Shown here piece after piece: positions 1-9,060 of a DNA stretch of 64,000 nt. Source of the DNA: Candidatus Omnitrophota bacterium (GTDB lineage Bacteria; Omnitrophota; Gorgyraeia; Tantalellales; Tantalellaceae); NCBI GenBank assembly GCA_049643885.1, contig JBARQV010000033.1, positions 11,229 through 75,228 of the forward strand, written 5' to 3'. The position numbers and the translations under genes were made by a program. The notes beneath the pieces were generated by a model. The model made no database searches, was not told where the DNA came from, and saw only the letters and a program-made list of their open reading frames with translations. The stretch's first letter is position 1. Every line of letters starts with the position of its first letter.

Positions 1-7
1 GCAAGAA

Positions 8-3000
8 GTGGAAGTAGACGGCAAGCCGATGCAAATAACCCTGCCAAGCGAAGTGGGGAATCGAAAGGTCCTGAGCCATGAGATCTTCCCGGCATGGACC
101 GGCGGTTTCCATGTATCGTTCATTCTGGAAAAGACACCGGAGGACATAGAAAATCTCAATAAGGCAAGAGACGTATCCCTGGATAGGATCGGAGCAAAAA
201 TACGGGCGTTGGAAGAAATTCCTGAACAAGAGAGAACACCAGAAACGGAAACCGGGAGAATGCTGGAAGTCCTGAAAAAAGTTCAAGCCGACCTGAAAGC
301 ACGCGACATGAAAGACGTGAGAATTTTTGTCGCGGTTTCTCTTGAAGGAGAAAAACTCAATGCTCATATAATCAGTGGAGTTATAACGGTGCCTGTCGAT
401 CAGCTGGAGAGAACTGAGGTATTGGCATATTCTCTTGGACATGAATCGTCTCACCAGTTTGTCCCTGAAGTATACGAAATAGACGATCCGCAAGTAGAAG
501 AGGATAAAGTTATTGAAGTCGGCGTTGAAGTATTCGGTCCTATGATACAGGTATCCATTGCCCGGTCACCAGAGGGCGGATATGGGATAAACGTTACATC
601 CATAGATATTAATTTAAAAATGGATGACTCGAGGGCCGTGGAAGCGGTAAGAAACGCTTTTATCATGGCCTGGAACCAGCTTGAAGGACAGAAAGCACGC
701 GGCGAAGAGATAGATCCGGAATATGAAGATTTCGTCAGGGCAATGCTCGAAAGAGAAGGCCTGGAGCTGAAATATGAGGCGGCCCCGGGAGTTACGTTCC
801 TGATCGACGACGCCGGCATGCGGGTCCTGTCGGAAAGAACCCCGTTAATGGTGACCCAAGCTTTCCCGGTTGCCCTGGCGCGTGAGATGCTTGTCGCCGA
901 ATTGCCCGAAACCAGGCCAGTCGTTCTACAATCGCTTCTTGCGAATATCGCCAGCGGAAGGGGGATGTTTTCCTGGTTTTTGAGCCCGTTATTATGGTTA
1001 TTAACCATAGGCTCGACTCCGATTCATGAGTGGGCGCATATACAAGCAATCAGGAGATATGGCATAAGCCCTGAATTACTGTCCCCGGCCCAGAGACGTG
1101 GAGAGGATGTTGGAACTTTCTCACTAATATGGAGTCTTATCAAGGGCGAGGTCATAGTTCATAAAGCCCTTTCTGGAGTTGATGAAGCTCACATGGAGGT
1201 ACATGTAGCCGGAGTGAGAGCTAATCTTCGTGCATCTTTTTATTTTGGGATTTTACTGGGAGGTGCAATCGCTGCTTATCTTTCTCTGTCGCCTCTGGCA
1301 TTTTGGCCCATGGTCTTTTTGTCGTATCTTACAGCAATCAATTTCATATCCGTGGTGGTCGAATATTTTGGAAGAGGAGACTTGGCGATGATACTGCGAG
1401 AATCTAAATCTTCTGTTTTTGAACTAATCACCCGCAGGCCGCATCTGGAGGAGTCGATGTTAGAAAGATATTTTTATGGAGAAAAACGAAGACTTTCGAG
1501 GTTGGCGAAAAGAATGGGCGTAAATATCAAGGGATTTGAAGATGACATTGAAAAGATTCGTTACGAAGTCGCAAAAACGCAAGTAAGTTATGTTATAAAA
1601 TGGCGAGCGATTGACCAATCGTTATTAGGAGATTATACCACGCCACTATGGATAGCTGGTAAAAAAGATGAGATTTGGCAGAAAAGGTTTAATGAAATTG
1701 TTTCGTATCTACCCAGAGGCGCGCCAATATTTAACGAAATAAAAGATGATCAAGTGAAAGCAAAGATCATTGCAGAAGTTATTGGTGAAATAGAAGAAGC
1801 TGTGGGTGCCGCCCGGCTCTCGGAGCGCGAGGGATACTTCCACAGCGTTATTGGAATGGCTGATAGAAGCGGTTATTCTGAAATAATGCACGCACGGTGG
1901 GGGAAGGAAATCAATGACCTTTACTTAAAGGTGAAAAAGGACGTGGCAGAAAAGAGAAGGGAGAGAGGGGATTTAAGTTCAGGCTATGCTAAAGGGATGC
2001 TTATAAAAGAAGTATTTGATTCGATCCGCAGGAACGTTAAAGGCGACCTGAGGCAAGCCGAGAACTATGTTAAGTACCATTATGTGCTCGACATCAACCA
2101 GGTCCTCAGCGATAAAAAGGGTGTTTGCAGGCATATGGGAATAATAACGGCGATGATGTTAGAGAAACTCATTCAGCAAAAGGAACTTGATGGCCTTGCC
2201 TTCTATGTTCGCAGGGATTTTCACGCGTGGGCGATGTATGCAACAACTTACGGGGAACTCATTGTCCTGGATGCTGCCCAAAGTATCGATGGGGTTGTAG
2301 AGCAATTCGGCTATCTTGAAGATTTTGCAAGGGCGCAAGACCCATGGGCGGTTCTGAAATCTCCTGCAAGTAGCAACCGGGAAAGAAGAGCATGGGCACG
2401 TTGGTATGCGAAATATGGTAGGGATTCGGAAGATTTGATGCGAAATCCCACAGCTGTAAGGATGATTGTGGAGCGCGTGCAACGACAGGCTGCGCGAGAA
2501 AGAGCAGCAGAAGCAGAAGGCAGAAGAGATTATTACTATGGGACGGTCCTGACAAGTGGGATGGGGCCGGATCAATTGGGCAGGAAAGATATGTTTTATA
2601 TGCCCGCTGCGGTTTTGCAAGAAATTATACGGCAAGGTCCTATTGAGGAGGCTGCTCCTCAACGCGTTGAACCGGAAGATCTGGTCCGCGAGCTTGAACC
2701 TGTGGCCAGGGACGTGGCGGAAAGGTTCAGAAGGGAAGGGATTAGCCCGCAAATGTGGAATATGTACAGGAGAGAGCTTATGGCAAAAGGGCGTAGGCGC
2801 AGTGCCGTTTTCCGGAGGATACATAAGATAATCCTTGATTTCCATACATCCATTTTAATAAAGGAACAGTATAGCAGACCGGTAAGGCATGCTTATGTAC
2901 GAGACTCCGAAGCATTAAACATTGCGATTGACAGAGAACTGGCCACGGCGCGTGAGATGCTTGCCGCCGCGCCGCCAACCGTTGTGCCCGGTAAAGGTGT

Positions 3001-6000
3001 CCTCTGGTTTATCTCGGGGGCTATTTTCGGGCTTATGAACCTTTTGGGGATTACTATTACTCCGGCCAGAAAGGATTTTGTTGAAGATTTTATTATTCCT
3101 TTACTTGAAGAAGGCGGTATGCTCCTGGTGCTGTGTTATTGGGGGGCGTTGCCATATTTATTAGTAAGGCTTGGATTTGCAATTATGCATGCAAGACGAA
3201 GCTTGATAAAGGCAATACTGGGGCGCGTATTCTTAGGCAGGGCACCCCCTGTGGGGGAAAAACCGATTTCTCAGCAAGTCATTGAACAGTTAACCATCCC
3301 CGCCATCGCATCAGCCGCAGCTCTCCTGCCCCTTATAGCTTTAGCTTTTGGAGTACCATTAAGCCCGGCAATATTCGGATTCGTTGCTGGGACAGGGCTC
3401 TTTGCCCATATCCTCGGGAACCGCTATGTTACGGAATTCAAGTCCCGCCTGCAGAAAGCTGTTCTGGGAGAAGAGCTAGGCATAGATTATGAAGGCCGCC
3501 CTGCCGCCTTGGAAAAAGTAAAAACAGACTATGAAACCCTGATACGCCCCCTGACAAATATTCCCTTTGATGAACTGCCGGGTGCGACAAAAGAGATATT
3601 GTTCGGGGCTGGAGTGGACAACGGGTTGGTAGAAATGAGTAGATCGGCAGGCAGAAACGCGAGGGATCTATTCCGGTCCGGTTTTCCAGTTCTAAAGGAC
3701 GCCATTTTGGTCGAGGGAGATCCTGACAGGACAAGGGAGAATCTAATGGCTATAGCTTCCGGCCTTGTAAGGATAGGCGCCGCAAGCGAGTCGTTCGGCC
3801 ATGCCGATTATGTGTTCAGGCTGGGCTTGCCGAAGCTTATACAGGCCTTCGGCCCGGAACTGATAAGGGAGCAGTGGGAAACTTTCGTGTTATTTGGAGA
3901 AACTGCCGGCAAGAATGCGAGATATCTTTTTGGAGCGACCTTGCCGGCGTTCAGGGAAACTATAATCGTAGAGGGGGACGTCCAGAGGACCAGGCAAAAT
4001 TTGCTGGACATCGGGAACAGTATTTTAAGAGTTGTGCCGGAAAACGATGAAATAGCTGAGGAATTACTTAATAACGCCTTGCCTGCGGTGAGCGGTATTA
4101 TCATCGTCGAAGGCGACGCGGAAAAGGCCAAGGATAATTTAAACAGGATCGGAAGCAGTGTTTTAAGAGTTCTTGAGGCAGCAGGCGATAAAGTGCGGGG
4201 CCTGTTCAGGCACGATTATCCCAGGATAGAGGCCGGGCTTGGCGCTGAATTTGTAAAAACACATTGGGAAGGCATTTTCAGATTGGGCGAAGCCGCGGGA
4301 ACGGCCGCAGGCAATTTCTTCAAAAACGGGTTTGCCGGCTTCATCCAAAGCTTTGGTTTAGATTTCCTGGAGAACAACTGGCAGGATATCGTAAAACTGG
4401 GTGAGATCGCGGGTAAGCGTTCAGGCTATGATGTAGGGAATATCTTTAACCGCACATTGGTAGGGTTCGCAAAGATCTATGGACTCGAATTCGTAAAAGA
4501 CAATTGGCGAGATCTCATGGATATCGCCGGATCTACCGGCAAAGACGCCGCTTTTCTTTTGTCAAACGGGTTTTATAGTCTGGAAGAAGGATTCGGCGCT
4601 GATTTTATTAAAGCGCACTGGAAAGACCTTGTGGAATATATCAAAACGAACGGTGAATACGCACTGGAACTGGTCAAGGACGGCTTACCGTCCATGAAAG
4701 AAGCGATCGTAGTAGCGGGAGATGAAGCGGAAACGAGGCAAAATCTCCGAGCCGTGGGCGAGGCGCTTGCGTCTGTCGCCAGGGCCGCGGGGAAGCAAGA
4801 AGCGACGTACGTTTTCAGTCAGCATCTTCCCGATATTAAAAGGCGGTTCGGTAAGGAGTTTATAAGGGATTGCTGGAAGGACATGCTGGGTCTGGGCGCG
4901 AGCACCGGTAAGAATGTAAGATATTTCTTCAGATACGCGCTTTCCGAGTTCAGCAAGACGATCGTGGTAAAAGAGGACGTGGAAAAGACGCGTGAAAATC
5001 TCCGCGCCATAGGAAATGAGCTTGTAAAACTCAGCAATGCGGCGGGAGAACATGCGCTTGTAGTATTTGAGTACGGGATACCCGCCATGATAGGGGCGAT
5101 CGCGGTCGAAGGCAATGCAGAAGAAACTGCAAAAAATTTAGACATTATAGGAAGCGAACTTATAGCTTTGGCGCTGCTGGACGGCGAAGATGCCGGCAGA
5201 CTGTTCGAATATGGACTTCCGGCTCTCGAGAAAGTGCTTATAGTCGAACAGGATGCTGAAAAGACAAAAGAAAATCTTGCTAGTGCCGGAAAGGAGCTTT
5301 TTGAGCTTGCCGCAAAAGTTACAGGTGAGATGCGTATTTTTTGGCGAAGCATATTATGGTCCCAGGATGATATAGTTGCGGAAGGCGATTTCGCGCAAAC
5401 GATCGAAAATTTAAAGACTGTCGGAAAAGACCGCGTAGAATTCACCAATAACGCGGGTATGGGCGGAATTGCAGAAGATTTCTTTAAAACAGTTTTCAAT
5501 TTACGCTCACGCTTCGGACTGGATTTTCTGCCATGGCGTGATGTTATAAAATTCGGCAGAATACACTTTATTTATAATCTAAGCAACAAAGTGGGATGGG
5601 AATTTGTAAGGTCTTATTGGGGGGATTTAATAGAGATCGGTGCTGTCCTGGGGTACAAAACAGGAGAGATGTTCAATGAGGTACTTCCGGCGGTAAAATC
5701 CCTGGTTACTCCCGAAAGTATTCAGGATCTGGTCAGATGGGTGTCGTTAGGCGATCCTGTTGATACCGATATATTGAAGGAATTTCTGGCTTTATCCCGC
5801 GAAGAAAGGGCGGATTATTTTAATACCCGCGAGGATGAGCTGGCCAGAATACGCGATGGCAAATTCGACATAGCTGATCAAAAACACCTTTTTATCGGAT
5901 ACCGGCTTATTCTCGACGATATCCGAGACAATCCGACTGTAAAAAAAGACATAACATATAAAGAATATTTATCTTATGTAAAAGCCGGAAAGCCCGCCAA

Positions 6001-9000
6001 GGAAAGATTCCGTGAAAAAGACCGAGCGGAGCTTACCTACTTATGTTATGAAGCATTGAAACTCATGAATTTTATCAGAGAATTGAAAGCCAGAGCCGAT
6101 TCGCTGGGGAGACCACTTGTGTTGGTTGAGAATATTACGTACGGTTGGATGGCCACAATACCCATTGAAGAGGAGATCAAAGCCATGGGTGTAAAGATCA
6201 TAAAGACCAAAGCCGGATCGACCTTTGCTCACGATAATCCGACGGTTATGCACGGCTTGAATCCTCATGGCCCGGATGATTCCAAACTTTTTAGCGAAGA
6301 AGATCTGAGATATTTCGTAGAAGAACAGCCTTTGGTGTTGGTGGTGGACGGAACTTATTCGCTTGACCCGCAAAAAATGGCGCGTTTTAGAAGAAAAGGG
6401 GCACGATATCCAGATGCCCACCAGGCTTATCGTAATTATTTCCACGCCATAAGCGGAGAGCCTAAAGATAATGATTTTGATATCGATAGATTGCGACTTG
6501 GAAGCAAGCTTAAAGAAGATAATGTTTATAAGGCAGTAAGGAGAAGTGCCGAAGACATCAAGCCGGCGCCCGAAAGGGGTAATTACCAGATGAGATTCTG
6601 GTATCCGGGAAAGAAGTCACTTGGATTAAATAGCCAGAGAAAATCAAGAAAACTTTCAAGCCAATTAGATCTTATCAATTCTAAAAATACGGACGAACCT
6701 CTTTTAGATAAAATCAGCGGTCCGACATTAATTTTTTCTGTGGCTAACATGGAAGATGAGGCCATACCCGATAGTGTCAGGCAGGGGGGGATATATCATA
6801 ATTCCGCGCATTTTGACGACAAAGAACCCTTTGGGAGAACGTTTATTGATGTTACACCTTACGGTCCGAAGATCTCGAATGAATTTCAAAATGCAGCCAT
6901 CGCGGAATACAAGCGATTAAGCCAGCAATTAGGAGTTGTGCCGCCCCTTGCCCCGCCTGCCGTGATGGCGAGGGAAAGCCGCTGGGCCCAGTATGCGGCA
7001 CCTATGGCCGGCGGCGTTCTGGGTTTTCTCACGGTATTTTTATTCGGCTCGGCATTGTTGCCGGGCATATTGAGCGTCTTGCTTTTATCAGCGTATTTTC
7101 CGCTTGCGAGGCAAACGGCCCTGGCGCGTGAAGTTGCCGGTGAAACGGGCGTCGCCGCTAGGCCCGTGGATACGTTCGGGGATATTCTTGGCAACTTCGG
7201 GCCTATTATCGGTCCCTTGGTGTGGCTCCATGAATTTGTTCACCGCCTTACCGGCGTGTTGGGCGTAAAAAGGCTAGGCATATTTAGCAGATTTATGGAC
7301 GAGGCAATGGCTTATTCGGTCGAATCGGTATTCGCCATGCCTGTAGTTGCTGTTTCTTCGATCGTGTATGGGTTAGTCATGCTTTTCATGCCCCCCAGGG
7401 GCGAAGAAGCCCGCGCCCCGCCTGCCGAACCGGGGATAGATTTCGAGGGCGAGTGGTTGACTGTGCCCATGATCGCTGAACGTCTTGAAGAAGAGCCACA
7501 ACTTACAATTGCAATATGGGAAATGCTCACACCGGAACTTAGGAAAGCTGTTGAGAGCCTGCTTAGTGAAGAGAGGAAAAGGCTGGTTAAGATCCGACTT
7601 TTTATTTATGAACACCTGGCTGAACTCCAAAGCAAGGAAGTTTCGAGTGATCTCGAAGATAGAAAGAACAGCGCAAGTTTACTAGAGCGGCAAAGAAAAG
7701 TTTTTGAGATCGGACGAAAGGGATTTGAAGCTCATGGAGTAGAGCATGGTTTAAATGTTTTTCTACAGATCATGCTGGATGGGCTCATCCGGAATGAATT
7801 TAAGGGCCCGCTAAATATGGGACCAAAAGAGTTCTTTGCCGGTCCTTACGGACCGCATTATATCGTTCTTGATCCGCGCAGTGTCAAAAAACCGGGCTTC
7901 GAATGGCAAGAGAGGCAGAACCATTTATTATATCTTGTTCCAAACGGGTCGGACTACAGGTTACTAATAAGCTTGGTAGATAAAGCACGTGATGAAGGGA
8001 TCATTAAACCGGAAGACGCCGGATTCATAAAGAACAGGATAACGACTTATGACATGTTCATTGCAATGACTAAAGAGGTTTCTGTTCCGGAGGAAGTACC
8101 GGCTACAACAGCAGCTGTTGAGGTTCCTGTTGCAGAGGAAGCGGCTGTTACTACGGTATTTGTTGAGGCCCCTGCCATTGCGCCTGCTGAGGTTATACCC
8201 GAGGAAGAAGTTCTTCCCGAGGCGCAGAGGGTATACTCAGCGGCGAGGGATCTTATTCCGGTGCTCCTGGATCTTATAAGGAGAAATTCACCGACTTACC
8301 TTGTAGGGCCTTCTTTTCTGGAGGATCTGGCGAAAGATGAGGGACGCAACAGGAAGGTGGAAAGGGTACTGGGCAAGGAAGGCCACAGGATAGATGCCAG
8401 GTATTGCGGGTACGATCCGACGCGCGCGGATCCGGAAGAAGCCTGGTTTGAAGAACTTACAAAACCTGGTGGAATTCTTGACAGAGCACTCAAAAGGTTC
8501 GGTATAGACGTTGTGGAAAACCCAACGTCAAGAATGACCATAAGGCTTGTCAGGGGGGCGGATGAAGAAAGGAACCAGGACAGAAGAAGTAAATTAGAAG
8601 CGTTAATTGTGAAAAGGCTCATGGATATAAATCCTGTCTTGAGATCAATGCTTGAAACAATGAAAGAAGAAGATCGGAAAAACTGGTTAAGGCAGTACGT
8701 GAAGATAATAGATGTAGATGTCGAAGGTATCGAGCATGTGAATCCCGTGCTGGACCTCTTTGCCGATGCCGGGGCGATGGAGCTGGACAGGTACGAGAAA
8801 AAAGATTACAAGGACGAAGCCCCTGACGAGCTTAAGGAACGATTGGTCATACTGTTAAAGCTTTCCCTGGGCAGTCTGGTCGATTCAGAGAGAGGTGACA
8901 TACTCGAAGGCCTGACCGCGGGTAAGCTTTACGGGGTTTTAGAAAGGGTTTTTTCGGGGCTAGCGTATTTCGCGGTCAAAAGAATAGATTGGGAAAGTAT

Positions 9001-9046
9001 AAGGGACAGGATAGATGCCGAGAACGAAGTAATAAGATCGCTGTAA
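8..9046 (+). CDS. Giant multidomain protein, 5'-partial (gene continues upstream of window); 3012 aa visible. Contains TM blocks with HExxH motifs, a transglutaminase-like Cys-His-Asp core, a long alpha-helical tandem-repeat array, and a C-terminal domain shared with the next ORF
   Basis: Uninterrupted ORF of 9 kb reaching the window edge with no stop upstream; TAA at 9044-9046; strong periodic coding signal; internal paralogy to downstream ORF at 9061. Confidence 0.85.
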   Translation: MEVDGKPMQITLPSEVGNRKVLSHEIFPAWTGGFHVSFILEKTPEDIENLNKARDVSLDRIGAKIRALEEIPEQERTPETETGRMLEVLKKVQADLKARDMKDVRIFVAVSLEGEKLNAHIISGVITVPVDQLERTEVLAYSLGHESSHQFVPEVYEIDDPQVEEDKVIEVGVEVFGPMIQVSIARSPEGGYGINVTSIDINLKMDDSRAVEAVRNAFIMAWNQLEGQKARGEEIDPEYEDFVRAMLEREGLELKYEAAPGVTFLIDDAGMRVLSERTPLMVTQAFPVALAREMLVAELPETRPVVLQSLLANIASGRGMFSWFLSPLLWLLTIGSTPIHEWAHIQAIRRYGISPELLSPAQRRGEDVGTFSLIWSLIKGEVIVHKALSGVDEAHMEVHVAGVRANLRASFYFGILLGGAIAAYLSLSPLAFWPMVFLSYLTAINFISVVVEYFGRGDLAMILRESKSSVFELITRRPHLEESMLERYFYGEKRRLSRLAKRMGVNIKGFEDDIEKIRYEVAKTQVSYVIKWRAIDQSLLGDYTTPLWIAGKKDEIWQKRFNEIVSYLPRGAPIFNEIKDDQVKAKIIAEVIGEIEEAVGAARLSEREGYFHSVIGMADRSGYSEIMHARWGKEINDLYLKVKKDVAEKRRERGDLSSGYAKGMLIKEVFDSIRRNVKGDLRQAENYVKYHYVLDINQVLSDKKGVCRHMGIITAMMLEKLIQQKELDGLAFYVRRDFHAWAMYATTYGELIVLDAAQSIDGVVEQFGYLEDFARAQDPWAVLKSPASSNRERRAWARWYAKYGRDSEDLMRNPTAVRMIVERVQRQAARERAAEAEGRRDYYYGTVLTSGMGPDQLGRKDMFYMPAAVLQEIIRQGPIEEAAPQRVEPEDLVRELEPVARDVAERFRREGISPQMWNMYRRELMAKGRRRSAVFRRIHKIILDFHTSILIKEQYSRPVRHAYVRDSEALNIAIDRELATAREMLAAAPPTVVPGKGVLWFISGAIFGLMNLLGITITPARKDFVEDFIIPLLEEGGMLLVLCYWGALPYLLVRLGFAIMHARRSLIKAILGRVFLGRAPPVGEKPISQQVIEQLTIPAIASAAALLPLIALAFGVPLSPAIFGFVAGTGLFAHILGNRYVTEFKSRLQKAVLGEELGIDYEGRPAALEKVKTDYETLIRPLTNIPFDELPGATKEILFGAGVDNGLVEMSRSAGRNARDLFRSGFPVLKDAILVEGDPDRTRENLMAIASGLVRIGAASESFGHADYVFRLGLPKLIQAFGPELIREQWETFVLFGETAGKNARYLFGATLPAFRETIIVEGDVQRTRQNLLDIGNSILRVVPENDEIAEELLNNALPAVSGIIIVEGDAEKAKDNLNRIGSSVLRVLEAAGDKVRGLFRHDYPRIEAGLGAEFVKTHWEGIFRLGEAAGTAAGNFFKNGFAGFIQSFGLDFLENNWQDIVKLGEIAGKRSGYDVGNIFNRTLVGFAKIYGLEFVKDNWRDLMDIAGSTGKDAAFLLSNGFYSLEEGFGADFIKAHWKDLVEYIKTNGEYALELVKDGLPSMKEAIVVAGDEAETRQNLRAVGEALASVARAAGKQEATYVFSQHLPDIKRRFGKEFIRDCWKDMLGLGASTGKNVRYFFRYALSEFSKTIVVKEDVEKTRENLRAIGNELVKLSNAAGEHALVVFEYGIPAMIGAIAVEGNAEETAKNLDIIGSELIALALLDGEDAGRLFEYGLPALEKVLIVEQDAEKTKENLASAGKELFELAAKVTGEMRIFWRSILWSQDDIVAEGDFAQTIENLKTVGKDRVEFTNNAGMGGIAEDFFKTVFNLRSRFGLDFLPWRDVIKFGRIHFIYNLSNKVGWEFVRSYWGDLIEIGAVLGYKTGEMFNEVLPAVKSLVTPESIQDLVRWVSLGDPVDTDILKEFLALSREERADYFNTREDELARIRDGKFDIADQKHLFIGYRLILDDIRDNPTVKKDITYKEYLSYVKAGKPAKERFREKDRAELTYLCYEALKLMNFIRELKARADSLGRPLVLVENITYGWMATIPIEEEIKAMGVKIIKTKAGSTFAHDNPTVMHGLNPHGPDDSKLFSEEDLRYFVEEQPLVLVVDGTYSLDPQKMARFRRKGARYPDAHQAYRNYFHAISGEPKDNDFDIDRLRLGSKLKEDNVYKAVRRSAEDIKPAPERGNYQMRFWYPGKKSLGLNSQRKSRKLSSQLDLINSKNTDEPLLDKISGPTLIFSVANMEDEAIPDSVRQGGIYHNSAHFDDKEPFGRTFIDVTPYGPKISNEFQNAAIAEYKRLSQQLGVVPPLAPPAVMARESRWAQYAAPMAGGVLGFLTVFLFGSALLPGILSVLLLSAYFPLARQTALAREVAGETGVAARPVDTFGDILGNFGPIIGPLVWLHEFVHRLTGVLGVKRLGIFSRFMDEAMAYSVESVFAMPVVAVSSIVYGLVMLFMPPRGEEARAPPAEPGIDFEGEWLTVPMIAERLEEEPQLTIAIWEMLTPELRKAVESLLSEERKRLVKIRLFIYEHLAELQSKEVSSDLEDRKNSASLLERQRKVFEIGRKGFEAHGVEHGLNVFLQIMLDGLIRNEFKGPLNMGPKEFFAGPYGPHYIVLDPRSVKKPGFEWQERQNHLLYLVPNGSDYRLLISLVDKARDEGIIKPEDAGFIKNRITTYDMFIAMTKEVSVPEEVPATTAAVEVPVAEEAAVTTVFVEAPAIAPAEVIPEEEVLPEAQRVYSAARDLIPVLLDLIRRNSPTYLVGPSFLEDLAKDEGRNRKVERVLGKEGHRIDARYCGYDPTRADPEEAWFEELTKPGGILDRALKRFGIDVVENPTSRMTIRLVRGADEERNQDRRSKLEALIVKRLMDINPVLRSMLETMKEEDRKNWLRQYVKIIDVDVEGIEHVNPVLDLFADAGAMELDRYEKKDYKDEAPDELKERLVILLKLSLGSLVDSERGDILEGLTAGKLYGVLERVFSGLAYFAVKRIDWESIRDRIDAENEVIRSL
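2110..2280 (+). other. Transglutaminase-like cysteine-protease core (Cys-His-Asp) inside ORF 8-9046
   Basis: KGVCRHMGIITAMM...DFHAWAMYATTYGELIVLDAAQ matches the G-x-C...HAW...D signature of transglutaminase-like superfamily. Confidence 0.6.
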
Positions 9047-9060
9047 TGTGAGGTATAAAG

